A DNA stretch of 61,715 nt, filler included, from Rhabdomonas costata (taxonomy: Eukaryota): assembly GCA_019059605.1 (NCBI GenBank). It is 14 parts of 14 records of this genome, joined end to end, with 100 filler letters (N's around TTAATTAATTAA, not from the genome) between each part and the next. Parts side by side here need not be neighbours in the genome. Positions count along the whole stretch, not along the records: positions 44,136 to 48,429 come from JAHMHO010000286.1; positions 48,530 to 52,802 come from JAHMHO010000287.1; positions 52,903 to 57,325 come from JAHMHO010000288.1; 11 more parts are not named here. One strand, 5' to 3'. This document shows, piece by piece, positions 44,190 through 57,077 of the stretch. The position numbers and the translations under genes are program-made. The notes beneath the pieces are model-generated. The model saw only the letters and a list, made by a program, of their open reading frames with translations, was not told where the DNA came from and did not search any database. Numbering within the stretch: position 1 is the first letter of the stretch; each line of letters opens with the position of its first letter.

Positions 44190-47100
44190 AAGAGCGGAGC
44201 TGCTTCGCCAAGCGCAGAAGGCCGGTGCCAGTGCCAGTCGCACGGCCCTGGATGATTACCTGGAGGTCCTTGCGTTGGCCCAGGGCTCGGCAATTGTGCG
44301 GAGAGTGGAGTCCTCGGACGTGAACTCCTGCCAAGGTATGGACTTACGTCTCACCCGGCCTCCAGATTGGATTGTTTCTATTTTTGCCGCATCGCAGAAA
44401 GAAAAAGGCGATTAAATCGTATACAGGCAAGTCTGCAGACAGTTGTGGTCGCGAATATTGGCACAACGGAATCGAATTAATTCGACGCTGGGTTGCTGGG
44501 TTGTCCCATGAGACTTGGGTGCTACTGGTTTCGGTGGTGAGGTTACTGCGTAAACTTTTCCGTCGCCTTTGGTTTGCCTTCTTGATCCATCCATCATCTC
44601 AGCTCGTGACGCCAGTCGACCATTTGTGAGCTGAGTGTTTGCGCTGAACATTCGTCAAGTCTAGCTGTTGCTCCCTTCCTTGCTGCCTTTCCGGTCCCGC
44701 ACTTTCTCTCGTGTCATTTGGTGACGGGGGCCTGCGCAGTGGCACTGGAGTACGAGCTCATGTTCGCCCCAATTGGGCACCCATGGGTGGAAGGAGTAAA
44801 GCATCTGGTGAACAAAGGAACTCGAGGTTTGAGCCACCCAGTTCAATCAGGGAATTTAGGTTCTGGCATACTAGCAGCGAACCCTCGTGCTCGTGCTCGG
44901 CGCCGGCATGACGAACAAAAATCTACGTGCCCCCCCCCCTCCCCTCTTCGCCAGCTTTTGGGGCAAGTATACCGTTCAACTGAGCGAGGAAATAGGTGTT
45001 GAATGTTCCCATCCTTTCCTTTTCTGTGAATTGTAGAAGCGCCAAACTGTGCACGCCGCTGTATGGTGCGGAGTGCAGTGATCCTCAAACAATTGGTGGG
45101 TGGGAATCCTCCTTGGGTCACTTTACTGTTGCTTGACTGGCAGAGGTATTTTGGTGAGCCACTAAACTCGCAAATTTCCAGGAAGGTGACTCTATAGCGC
45201 TGATTTCCAACACCACATTTACGCAATGCCACATTAAAATATATGGCACAAAGGAAAATCCTCTCGCGAAGCTTTGGCGGACCTGCTACATGTGCAGCTC
45301 ACGTACGTGCTGAAGGCGCTTTGCGAGTCGGTACACCATTGCACACATATCGTTTGCATTTTACGATTCACTACTGTTCCCTTCCCTCTTCCCGGGCCTC
45401 CCGGTCAATGGATCGTCGGCTGCCCTCGCCTGCCCTTTTTTCATCACATGGTTCTGGGAGAAAGATCGCCATCTCAAACGGAGCATTTTGATGCTGTGGT
45501 GAAATCGGGGGATGGATTCTCGCCTGCATCCTGGTGCTTCCCTGCGATGCATAGTTTCTTTCATGGATTCTTGTCATGTGGTCACCTGCATCGTTTTGAT
45601 GGAGAACAGCTTCACCCCAAAGCAAGAGAACTTCTAGCGTAGACGAAAACCCTGGGGATTGGCACTGGCATTGTCAGAGAATATATAAGAAGGTCGGGCA
45701 GCCGCAAGAGGGAAGCACACAGTAAGCAAATTCCGACAAGATAGAAGATCTTGCATGGGGTTAGAGGGCGATGCACGCGCGGGGGAGGGAGGCTCCACGC
45801 AACACACTCTGTACTTTCATCTTCACTTTCTTTTGCCTCACCACCGGAATTCTCACTCCTCTCCGCGTCATAGCAAGCAACAAAATCTCGAAGAAAGCCT
45901 GAGACACCCAAAACTGCCGGATCCCCAACTTGCCTATATATTGGCCTGTCTGGGAAACGTTGGGTCCGTAAAATACACCGAAAACAGGGGGGGGGGTCCC
46001 CAAAATACACTTGATAGGGGGAAGGGTTCCCATAATGCCACTACTCCAATATCTTTCATAATGGTGCAGTGCTCAGCATGGTACGACCTTCACCCGCAGC
46101 TCACCCGGACATGCGTGAATTCGATGGTTGTTGGCCCCTTTCCCATGAATCACCAAATTGATAATTACCCAGCAGGATCGTTGCTTTATTGTTGGAAACA
46201 AACATTGATATGGGGCCAAGGGCCAAACGCGGACAGTAATATGAGGCCTTTCAATGGGGTTTTTCTTTTTTGTAGTTCCTTCCATGTGAAGCTACGGCTG
46301 TTTATTAAATGGCAAACCGTGATTATTAATCATTTTCTGGGCGATCGAAGTCAACGTATCCATGGCGACATTTCGGTTGTTGGGCCATGCCATCCATTCT
46401 GTTGCATTGGTAAGGTTTTTTCTGGGCCATGATTCCATCATACATATGGTGATATGGTGACGTATTTTCAGCACTCCTCCACCACGCCCACCCCTGAGCC
46501 TGGCGCGCCGTGGCTGGCTCACTACTCCGTGCTGGTCCACCCGTTCACGCTATTTCTTCCGCTGCATCGCTTTCTGGGCGCCACGGTCGCGGCGGCGTGT
46601 GCTGCCCTGGCTGCGGGAAGCAGTCCTCCAGTCACCCTGCAGGAAGTTTTGCTTCCAGAGGTACATGCCTTCTCGCCCAAAACCCTTTCCTGTGTGGTCA
46701 TCGTCATCTTAGGTAGTCCAATTGCTCGAAACTCTGCTGTCCTGATGTGTATTAATTGAGGTACGAAACGATCGCGATCGTTTTTATTTTCTTTGTCCTT
46801 CTAGCTAACGACTATGCTTGTTGGCAACTACTCTCTTTTAGCTCGGTCTTTGGCTGATGAGAGCGACATGTGCGAAGACCAATCCCGCGACTGCCGGAAC
46901 GGGGTGGGGGATTGGTTTTGTACAACGCTTTGTGTACCGTCGACAAGCCATCGGATGCGCCGTGAAAAGAACAGGCTGCTTCGGCGCTGCCTCCCCAAGT
47001 TTATCCCTCACTGCAGTGCAGCATGCTTGTGGTGCGGTACTTTCACAGGCCTTGACCCCGGACTACAGATTGCTCACCGTGGAGCCACTCGTGGCCCTTC

Positions 47101-47939
47101 TGGTGGAGCACCCGCTGGCTTTGCAAGTGGTGCGAGTGCAGGTCCACAACGGGCTTTGGAACCGCAATGACCACAATATTCAGTTTCAGGTTCACGTGGC
47201 TATCTGCTCTTTACCGTTCTACTTTGTGGTAGACCAAGGGTAATGGCAGCGGCTTCAGATATTGTCCGCGTGACATCGAAATGGCTCAACCCAAAAAAAA
47301 TTCGATCTCTATCAGGCATTTTCGGGCTTAGAAGCTGAAAGGGGGTTGTGAAAAAACTTGTACTCTCTAACTTTTGAGATGGCGTGGGCCGTATATTGCT
47401 CAAATTATTACTTATGTTCTCATAAGCATTCCCATATTTTCTGTCTTAATTTCTTCCAGTCTCTCTCTTGCATTATTCCCCCAACCACAGCTTCTTATTC
47501 ACCCATCACCCCTTACCCCACAGCGCACAACCCAACCTCCGATTTCAGATGTGAAGGATCCCAGGAAAATTGATATCAACCCACAGTTGCACAAAACCCG
47601 AGGAAATGCATCCACAGTCAGCTGCTCGGCTCAGAGTTCACCCCTTTCACTATAGCTTACTACCTCTATTTCTGAAAGGCTGTAAAAGGCGCAAGAGGCC
47701 CGGAAGCGGGTCGTCAACTCAACTCAGTTGTGCATTCTTACCATCAAGTATGGGCGTGGGTGGGTCAGAACAGTTGGGGCAGATCGTGTGCCTTTTCTCA
47801 GATTGAGGTTTACGAAAGCGTGTACATGAGGGGCTTCTCCTTCGTGTATGACCTATTCTGGTTGCAGTGCGGCGCGGTGCTGCTGGGACCCTCTTATTTT
47901 GTGTGCCTGGTGGCGGAGCGGTTCAAGCTGGAGTGGCAG
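44190..47939 (+). CDS. UBR1/UBR2/PRT6-family N-recognin E3 ubiquitin ligase, internal exons
   Basis: FTLFLPLHRFLG; LVEHPLALQVVRVQVHNGLWNRNDHNIQFQ|IEVY...YDLFWLQCGAVLLGPSYFVCLVAERFKL. This parallels the UBR1 pattern E.PLR..V..AQ.....W.RNG.S...Q...Y.......D...LQ. Confidence 0.8.
45831..46051 (-). repeat. Dispersed repeat family C, copy 1 (intronic)
   Basis: Reverse complement of 57078-57307 (tagtggcattatggg, tcaagtgtattttggggaccccccc, tgttttcggtgtattttacggacc, ttgttgcttgctatgacg.ggagaggagtgaga). Confidence 0.9.
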
Positions 47940-47957
47940 GTGTGACGTGGCACAAGA

Positions 47958-48004
47958 CACACTCACACTCACACTCACACTCACACTCACACTCACACTC
48001 ACAC
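47958..48004. repeat. (CACACT)n microsatellite
   Basis: Directly visible just inside an intron. Confidence 0.95.
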
Positions 48005-48576
48005 AGTCAAACGTCAAACACGCACTCAACGGGAGCCAAGGCAGGGCGGCTATCCGTGGAGAACCCCGGAAGAGGACAGAGTGGCAGGCAGTAGCATCGC
48101 CAACGCCACACGGGCAATGCGCAAGCCAGAGTAAGAATTTTCAATGGGACTCTTCCCTCCGCTCGTCTCTTTTGGCCTCTAACCCGCTGAGAGACCAAAT
48201 CCTTACCACCCATCCAAGACCAATAACTTCAGAGACACGTGCACCGTTCTTTTAAGGGAAATTTACTCCCACCATTTAGCATTATTGCACTCCGCGGTCC
48301 AACACCCTTCTCCAAAACTGAACCTGTTCGGTCTCAAGGCTGCCTTTTGATGCGCCCCAACCCAACCCAACCCAAAACCAATCCCTTTGCCCCTTGGAGG
48401 AGGATCTGTAATTGCTTGCCCCCAACAACNNNNNNNNNNNNNNNNNNNNNNNNNNNNNNNNNNNNNNNNNNNNTTAATTAATTAANNNNNNNNNNNNNNN
48501 NNNNNNNNNNNNNNNNNNNNNNNNNNNNNACCAAAAAACATTTTATGGGACTCCAAAAATCACAGCACTGTGGTAA

Positions 48577-48902
48577 CCGAAGGAGCGTGTCGAAAACTCC
48601 AGGGCGCCATCGCGCGCCTTCGCGTGCCATCGTTTTCGACACATACTGTCCCAGGGGCTGCATATTATTCGGACCCAATGCTCGCACAGCACATTAGAGT
48701 GATTGTGTGGTGCGTGGGAAGATTTGCCGACCTTTTCGGGATCTTCGTCAAGGAGCTTTGCGTACTTCCGCAGCTCGGCAGCTGCCGCTTTCGAAGCGGC
48801 AGGGCGAGGAAGAGACGAAAAAGCACAAAGGGAAGGTTTCAAACAAAACGCTTTTCTGCACAGCCTTCTCGGCAAGGCTCCGTGCAGAGGCGCACAAAAC
48901 AT
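48577..48902 (-). CDS. 5' exons of a hypothetical protein with a presequence-like N-terminus
   Basis: MFCAPLHGALPRRLCRKAFCLKPSLCAFSSLPRPAASKAAAAELRKYAKLLDEDPEK|gtcggc...gcag|PLGQYVSKTMAREGARWRPGVFDTLL. The leader is Arg/Ala/Leu/Ser-rich with no acidic residues. Confidence 0.55.
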
Positions 48903-50344
48903 CGTATCCTTTGGTTATGGCCGAGGGAGTGCTCCGTAAAACAAGCGGGGACTGTGGAGAATAAACGAACCGAAGAAAGAAAGGCCGATCCCTTATCCCC
49001 CCCCAAAAAAACACCACAGGTTCTTGCATCTCCATCCAATCCAGATAGGCGGGCAAACAGGAAGCAAAGATCACCCCATTCGAGCCCAGAGTAAGCACCA
49101 CTCCATCACTTCCAATAATGTTCCAGTCAGGCCCTACAGCACTAAGCTTTCCTTGCACTGTTCATCAAGCATTCGCAGTTGAGACAACCACCCTTTTACC
49201 TCACATTGGTCCAACACTCTCCCCCGACGCTCCTTTTCTCTCTTCTGTTGAACTTCCCGATCCCCGATTCAGGTTCGCTGTTCAAGACACTGACTTCGAA
49301 CACCTTTTTCGCCTGATTGTCATATGAAGGATCGCTCCGGCAAACCTTCGCAGCACTGGAAAAGCAGATGGGAAAGGAGCACGAAAGAAAAGAAAGGAAG
49401 GGATCAAAACATGGCACAGGATTCAACTTCCACTTTTTCAGCGAAAGGCCGGGATGCCGCTTTGCAAGCTCGCTCTATTGGGCTAGGCCGAGTTTGTGTA
49501 CAATTGGGCGGGGTTTGCCCAGCCCAATTGCGGCCCGTCAATTCAAAGAAACCAGTCAAAATATACTGAAACGCAAGCGAAGCACCCTCCTCTGGGATAA
49601 GAACGAAAGATTCGGGAGCGCCCTGCCCTGCCCTGGAAGACGCATGGCATCCGTTTGATGGGAAATCGATGGGGCAAGCCCGAAAGCAAAGGCGGCATCA
49701 TTCACTTGCGGTGAGCGTACGGCCCAGAAGAAAAAAAGGTTCGATTATTCTATTGGGTCAAAGCAAGCGGTCGCGGAGCCGTAACCCGGACTACCAACTT
49801 AAACTTCTCATGGTAAAAACGTCACCCACGTGACATAACGTAATGTTCCCATCGCTCATAACACACGCACATCCTTATCTGCGCCCGTTTCAATCGTTCC
49901 AGGTGCCACTCAGGGTAGCAGAAGTTCCTGCGTTTGCTTGCTGCTTGACCTGAGGGAATGTTCTACGAGGCCGAAGAGGACGCGCCTGTATACGAAGCGG
50001 TAGGCAGGAGACGGACAGCAGCTCGCCCGCAGGAAGGTCCCGCCAGTCCCAGGGGGCCCGCTGGCAACGCTGAGCAGCCACTGCTTGTTCCCCGTCCAGT
50101 ATCGCGTCGCGGGGATACGGGGATGGTGGGCATGATAGGCAGCACACTAGTGAAAGGAAGCTCATGTATGCTTTGTTGAGGAGGATCGGGGAAGGAAACC
50201 GTTCACAATCCACTGAAGCCCATCCAAAAATGACAAGAAGATGCTGCTCAAACGTGGGTGGATGGCGGTTTCGATACTGCTCGAAACGCCTGTAGTGGCT
50301 CGCAATCTCTGGAGAAGTTGCCTTATTCTTCACCATTTCAAGAC

Positions 50345-51150
50345 CCACATATCGATAAAAATGTCTGGCTAGCCCTGTTGCTGAAGTGTATCGTTCCCAC
50401 AGGCAGTGGTGATGATCCCCATTGCCACCCCGCTTCGCAGCTGATCTTGAAATACCTCCCCTTTCTCTGCGGAGAGCTCTCCACTGATTTGCGGGGCGAT
50501 GTCTTGCAAACTGGTCTCGTTGCAGTAGGCCAGTTCGTTCCTTGTTGACAGTGGCTTTCTTCTTGGTGGAAGTGGTCTGGAGGAGCACACAGATGTGTGC
50601 TCGGGTGTATTCCTCGGGGGAAAACACACTTCAAACAGCCATCTCGGTGGCCCGCAGTCCCCAAAACATATCCCTGACTCTGAGCATCCATGTATTCGGG
50701 ACCTGCAAAGCCATCACACGGGCAATGAGGACCAACTTCTCCTCCTCCGCGAGGTTCCAGGAAAAACGGAAGCGACAGTTTGTGAGGGACGCTGCGGTCG
50801 AGAAACGTTGCAGCAAAACCAGGAGTCACACAAGGTGGCGCTGAGGAAGAGAATGCGCACTCTTTTTGGGACAGTTAAACTTCTGACGAAAGCTGGAGGA
50901 TCAAGCTGGAGTAGTGGGCGAACAACACGTGACACCCATCGAAGATAATCAGATCGAGCTGTTCCTTGGGATAGGCCAGCTCAGCGGCATCGCGCAAGCT
51001 CAGCCAAGGTTTATCAGACAACTCGGCGAGCTTGGAAATCAAAACGGTGGACCTCTTTGTCATTGAAAAGCCAGTCAAGGAAACCACCAGCACCGACGAG
51101 GAAAAATACTTCAGCAGCGTCTCTGTCAAGGACTTTCCCGCCGCCACACT
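50345..51150 (-). pseudogene. Decayed RecQ-like SF2 helicase (frameshifted, apparently intronless)
   Basis: Motifs occur in the correct order across shifting frames: CGGGK/GKSL (I), VLVVSL (Ia), LDLIIFDGCHVL (II), ILFLSATL (III), SGELSAEKGEVFQDQLRSGVAMGIITTACG (IVa-V), PDIFID (Va-like). Confidence 0.65.
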
Positions 51151-52902
51151 TCCTTTGCCTTACAGTCTTTTTCAACTTGAATTGAACGTCGCCAAAATGG
51201 AGCACATGGCGGTCTTGTATGGAGGAAAGGCGATCGGGCCGGCCACCACCGCGTCGTCAGGGATATTGTCCAGAACGAGCTTTGTCCAAGTCTCTCAGTT
51301 GGACCTCGGGCACAACCTTTGTGTATTTTTTTGGATGAGTACCGTGAGACAACTGACAACGGGCTTGAGGGCAATATGTCTCGAGACCTAGGAGGGGTAT
51401 GTCTCCAGACTAAAGGGGCCAAGATACTGGGCACAGTGCAAGTCTTTCATTGCGGACGTGCAAAAGGTTGTTATGGGGTATGAAAGCGGTCGTTTTTTTT
51501 GAAGTGCTATGTAGGCAATAATATGCAATCATACGGGTCGCCGCCCATGGGCACGAGGAAAAACTGTGAGGGACGGGAAGGCGGGTGCAACTGCTGGCGA
51601 AAGTATCACAAAAGCGTGTGAATTTGTCACAAAAGCGTGTGAATTTGTTATCTGCAAAGTGCGCAATGAAGACCGGGATGATCGGTCTGAAAGGTACACC
51701 CATAGGTACCTCATACCAACTTAACATGCTCGCACCCGCGCCCAAACACACGCACGCGCGCAAAACATTACCGAGAGTTCTTCGCTGCTGCCACCACCAC
51801 CGGGTTCATTCCGACTGCAGCTCTTCGCCGCACATGAAACCGTCAGAGACTCCGGAGCACTCTTGGACATCCGGACGGAAACAAAATATACTCTAAAAAG
51901 GTGCAATGGTGAGGGAGGTTCTCCAAAACAATCCAAAAGGGTTTTCTTCGAGCAGGTCATCCAAACTCAACGCTGTGTCAGTCAGAATTCTTTGGACATA
52001 GAGACGAGCACCTCAGGTTCAATGCTCCGTTCATACAAAACCTGTGAATTATCGGGTGCTGAGTAAAAAATAAAGTACCTTCCCTTGTGGTGTTCCCTGG
52101 GTACTTCTTGTCACCCAACGGTTGTGGGTGAGCGGGTCAACAACGGGCCCGAAAAATGTAAAGCAAAAAAGAATAAATGTATGGTGGCGTTTGGATGCGG
52201 GTGATTTGTGTTGGATAGGCAACGTTGAAGGGCGTTACTTGGGCTATTCCTTCAGAGCGGTGCTGCTTGGCGAGCCGAGCCGCAAAACCCAGTCAAAGGC
52301 AATCTGGACGAATATCTCACAGCTTTCACCCCCACCCCACCAGTATGAACCAGAAAACAACGAATGGGGAGACGATCGTGATCACAGAAGCACTGCAAGA
52401 ACGCGAAGAAAACGACGGTTACCCAAAAACTTGCCTACCCACAGGGGTCGGGTGGGGTGCGGGGCAGGCGAAAAATGCAACGGGCCAACCCAAATATGCG
52501 CAAGAAAATGGCAAAAAAAAAAGCCGATTAGAAGCGAAAATTTTGCCCGGGGTCGATTACATCTGTTCGTTTTCAGAAGGACGGGGGCGAGCAATGACTG
52601 ACCTCAGGTTCGTGACCAGCCAGTCCGTGCAGTCGAACGGAGGCACGCCTGGTGCATGACGCGTGCTCACCCCCCCCCCAGCACGGACCCCGCGCATCTT
52701 TACTCAATCAAACGCTACAAACAAAGGATTGCAAACTTTGCGAAAAAAGTGCGAAAAAAAAACGAAGGTGCAAAATACTGCAAAAAATGCAAAAAAAAAA
52801 ACNNNNNNNNNNNNNNNNNNNNNNNNNNNNNNNNNNNNNNNNNNNNTTAATTAATTAANNNNNNNNNNNNNNNNNNNNNNNNNNNNNNNNNNNNNNNNNN
52901 NN

Positions 52903-53996
52903 TGTGGTTGGGCGGCGACTACGGTGCCAAGGCAAAGGACTTTGAGGACTCTATCACCCTTGTGGCGGAGGACGCAAGTAATCTTCGGCTGTGCGGAGTG
53001 ATCAACATCGGAGTGAAGTCGGTCTACCTTGGTGGGGAGGTCCACCCCATGGGTTACCTCTTCGGTCTTCGCGTAGATGAGGCCTACCAACGCCGTCGTG
53101 TAGGCTCTCAACTGATTCAAGAATGCTGGAGCTTCGCAGCTTCCAAAGGGCTCTCTGGGATATTCCTCTCCACGAATGAGGGCAACGCCAAGGCCTTCGA
53201 CTTCTTCACAAAGCAGGGGTTTGTGACGATCAGCCATAGGTACTGCGTCTACTTCAGTACTCAAGTCCCCGAAGACTCGTCTGCAGAAGCCGCTTGCGCC
53301 ACCGTACAAACCGACCTGAGCACCGCTATGGCGGTGACGGAGGCATCATGCCAGAAACAGGATTTGCAGCCCGTGAAGCTCAATCCTGTGTTTGGAAACT
53401 CATTTATTTTCTCTGTGGTCGCGGCAAATTCTGCAGTGGGCAGCCGCATTGGATTTTCAGCAGTTCGCATTCATCAGAAGACGTCCCTCAAGATCTCGCG
53501 CATTCTTTTCTTATCGCCAGCAGTTTGGCGCCATCGCCGTACCCGAGGAGTGTTGTGGACTTTGGGAGCAGGCCTGCTTAGCGGCCTCTCTGCCACAGTC
53601 CTTGCTCTTGTCAGACAGCACCGGCACTACGCTGCTGCTTTGCTGGCGGCTTTGGGGGCCACCACAAGCTTTGGGGTGGTCCTTCTGCGCAACTACGTTA
53701 AGCTTATTTTTCAGCTTGGCTCGGATGCACTGACGGCGCGGTTCTTTGCCTTTCACTTGACCGGCCCCAAGGATGACAAATTCGGCAGCGGCGTGGTTCG
53801 CAGAGCCGCGCAGGAAGCCCAGCGCCGAGGATATTCGGCAGCTATTGCCAACCTCTGCGAGGGCAGCCCCCCGACGAAATGGTTTGGTGCCATCCCTGGA
53901 AGTTCCTTCCGAGCTCTTTACATGATGCGTTGGCTCAAGGACACCGCGCCCCCAGCTGTGAACCCGGACATCTTCATCGACCCAAGGGATTTTTGA
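52903..53996 (+). CDS. HOOKLESS1-like GNAT N-acetyltransferase, 5' truncated, intronless, with a two-helix hydrophobic insert
   Basis: TLVAED...GVINIGVKSV...GYLFGLRVDEAYQRRRVGSQLI...LSTNEGNAKAFDFFTKQGF. The C-terminus IFIDPRDF* resembles plant HLS1-family F(V/I)DPR(E/D)F*. Confidence 0.82.
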
Positions 53997-55515
53997 CATC
54001 AAGGTTTGCTTTAGTGTTTTTCAGCATCCGGTTAGCCCGGGGTTGACAATAACTAGTATTGAGGGCTCTTCGTTGGAAAATTTAGTTTTCGATGTTTTAA
54101 CTGTGTTCTGCCTGGTGGATTTGAACCTGGTATCCCAGCGGCATAAATATGACCAGCCGTATCTCAAAAGTAATAGATAGGGGTAGATACACAATGAACA
54201 GGCCCAAAAGAAGCAAAGGCACCTCTAGGTAAACCCAGTTTTTTCACCCCCTTTCGAACCTTTTTCTTTTACGTCCGAAAATGATTTACAGTGCAAGTTT
54301 TTTTCATTTTTGAATTTTTGAGGTGTTGCAGACAATTTGATCATGGATTTTCGAAAGTGCTTGCAAGTAGTTGAGGAGCGGTGAGATCGAGGGCGAGTAG
54401 GCCACATCAGAGATGTTTGATGTGGCCTACTGTTGCCCAACAATCGGGCGAATAGGCGGCTGATGCAAAATTTGGAACACACGTAGCCTCTGATATTAGC
54501 TGTGTCCCAGGGGGGTTGCAGGGAGTCAAATGGGGCTGCCTTTTTCCTGCCGATATAGTTTCGGTGCGCACCACACGACGAAACCCCTCCTGAACATCAA
54601 TGTCCAACAAGTTACACCCCAGAGCTTAGAGAATGGTGAGCAACGAATTCCGATATGGAGTTTTTCCACAGTGGATGTCCGGTGTCTCTCTATCGCTGGC
54701 TTTTTGGTGTTGGATCCTCTTTTTACTATCAAGCCGTAATTCTTATCTTATGAAGTACCTTTGTGTGAGACGGGTGAGAGATTCTTTCTTCTAGCGCATT
54801 TTTTGGACCCCCTGTTGCAATTGGTTACTTTTTTCCTTCACAGGTCACCTCGGAATGGTTGTAGCATATATATCTTCAGCTGCACCTCGCGGCTCCAGCT
54901 GCATCTCGCGGCTTTCCTTCCTTGCTGCAACGGGTTGGAAATCTGGGCATCCTTTCAGTGCTGAAGAAGGGCTGTATATCATCCTGAACTTCTTCTTGTT
55001 TGTCATCGTGCCTTCGACTTGAAGACGCTAAGCTTTGTATTCACACTCTGCACATTGCCTGTGGTGCCTGTTAACGGTGGTAGGAAATCCAAAACCTGGC
55101 TGTGCTGTTGTCCATTCGTCGAGATTTATCGTGATTTTTTTGTCCGAAACTCCAGGCAGGACGGTTACTATCAGATGAAATTAAGCCCACCGTGTTTTCA
55201 CATTCTTGGGAAGAGAGTGAAGACGCGCTTTCAGAATAGGGCTTTGGTGTGACTTTCCTTGGGATTGCGATTACAATATATAACTCAAACTGTGAAGCGC
55301 AGTGCCTTGCGAATCGCGTTCTAGGTTCTAGGGATATGTGCCGGCAATTGCTGATATTGCAGAGACATACCGATTTCGGTGAAAATGGATAATAATTTTT
55401 GTTTTCTCTCTTTTTCAGATTGCTTTGGCATTTTTTGTTTTGCCGTTTTTCTCCCCCCTTTTTAGTACTGGTGCGTTCTTCTGTTTATTAGGCTCTGCGA
55501 TGAGTCGATAACCGA

Positions 55516-56559
55516 ATGAGTGGCAGCGAAGAGCCCGCTGCTGGTGCCCCCGAACTCTGCGCAACGCTCGTCGACATCACCACGCTGTTCACCCTCTCTC
55601 CTGAGCCCATCCGCGAGAGTGCCTGCAGCGCCCTTTACAGTGCCGAGCGCAAGCCCAGGCCTGCACCCCCTGCCGGCCCTTCCTCTGCTCCTGCTCCTTC
55701 GGGGGACCACTCCCCCGCCGCGGCGAACAGCACTTGTGGCGCGGCCTCCGATGACTCCTCGGTGACGGTCCGGGTGGTGTCCAAGCGAAGGAAGGGTGCG
55801 ATCCAGGCCGTTCAGGAGGAGCTGTGCATCCTCAGCCTGCTTGGGCTGCACCCCAATGTCCTGGGGGTTCTGGAGGTTCTGGAGGGGGACCAGAGCGTGT
55901 ACCTGGTGTGCCCCCGGGTGCACCCCGCCACCCTGGCCGACCGGGTGGCCACGGGCAGGGTGCCCACGGAGCGCCTGGCGCTGTTCCTGTTCCGGCAGAT
56001 GCTGCTCGCGGTGAGCCACCTGCACGCCCACGGCGTGATCCACCGCGACGTGGTCTCTCGCTTCCTCATGACGCGGAGCTGTGAGGGAAAGCGTGTTGGC
56101 CATGTTCCACTCTGCTAACCTTTCTTGAGCAAAAGAAAGGGAATGGGAATGATAAGTGCGGACGAGCGCTGAGGATCGCACGCCTACAAAGGGCATCGAT
56201 GATGCCGTGGAAGACGTATCCCAAGGCCGCCTGCACCACACCAGTGGGAAAAGAACGGGAGCCCATGGGTCAGATGCGGGATCTGGGGAATTAGGGAGGT
56301 GAGCCGAATAGAGGTCCTTCTCTTGGAAAGGTGGGTATTGTGGATTTTCGGTCGGATGTCCCGGATGTACTCCATTTTCTGGTGGCCCCTCTCACCGCAT
56401 TTTCGGCGCACAGAGGCCAGACAACATTCTGTTCTCGGACGACCGCGACTTCGCCACGCTGAAGCTCACGGGGTTCGACACTGCGATGCGGTGCAAGAAG
56501 GACGCCTCGGGGCACCCTGTGCTGCCGCAGGCCGCCCTATCGGGCGAGCGCTCCCCACG
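55516..56559 (+). CDS. CAMK-like protein kinase fold, probable pseudokinase, 3' incomplete. Exons 55516-56052 and 56414-~56559
   Basis: EELCILSLLGLHPNVLGVLEV, FRQMLLAVSHLHAHGVIHRDV|RPDNILF...LKLTGFD, joined by a phase-0 GT-AG intron. Confidence 0.85.
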
Positions 56560-56673
56560 GTACAGCGGAGGGAAGGAGCAGGAGCTCTCCACTCCACTGA
56601 CATTCCTTCACCCGCACCTTCGTGATGCGCACATATTTGGGAAAGACTGCGATTTTGCAGAGGCAACAAAACA

Positions 56674-56698
56674 CAGCAGCAGCAGCAACAACAACAGC

Positions 56699-56732
<34 letters not shown>
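56674..56732. repeat. (CAG)/(CAA)n trinucleotide microsatellite
   Basis: Directly visible; it abuts repeat family B. Confidence 0.95.
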
Positions 56733-56733
<1 letters not shown>

Positions 56734-56739
56734 GAATTG

Positions 56740-57062
56740 TTGCTGGCATACCGGCGTGTAGGCGGACTGTGTGCCAGCCTATAGTTCTTTCTCATATCAA
56801 AGCCCAGGCCCGATGTAAAGCCAGTGCAAAAGCAAAAGGTCCTTACAAGCCTGTGTAACCCAAAAAGACCAAAATCACCCCAAAATGGCCCTGAAATGGC
56901 CTCTAGCATGGCTCTAAACCGAAGCATTCTAGTCCACTTCAGTGCCAGCATGAAGCACTCCTGGGCTCTACCCTTAGGTATGCTAAGCAGGCCCGGCCGA
57001 AAGCTTAGGCTCAGTATGCAGGCCCGAAAAGGTCCGAAAAGTGCACCCCAGGCCCTTGAAAA
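56740..57062 (-). repeat. Dispersed repeat family B, longest copy
   Basis: Its reverse complement covers both 27702-27897 and 28880-29031. Confidence 0.85.
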
Positions 57063-57077
57063 TTATAAAATTAAAAC

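Noticed and set aside
51606..51647. 21-bp direct repeat tcacaaaagcgtgtgaatttg x2 (also gatgtcatccgcct x2 near 31894-31925) as CRISPR-like
   Set aside because: Only two adjacent copies with no spacers and no cas genes; these are simple local duplications.
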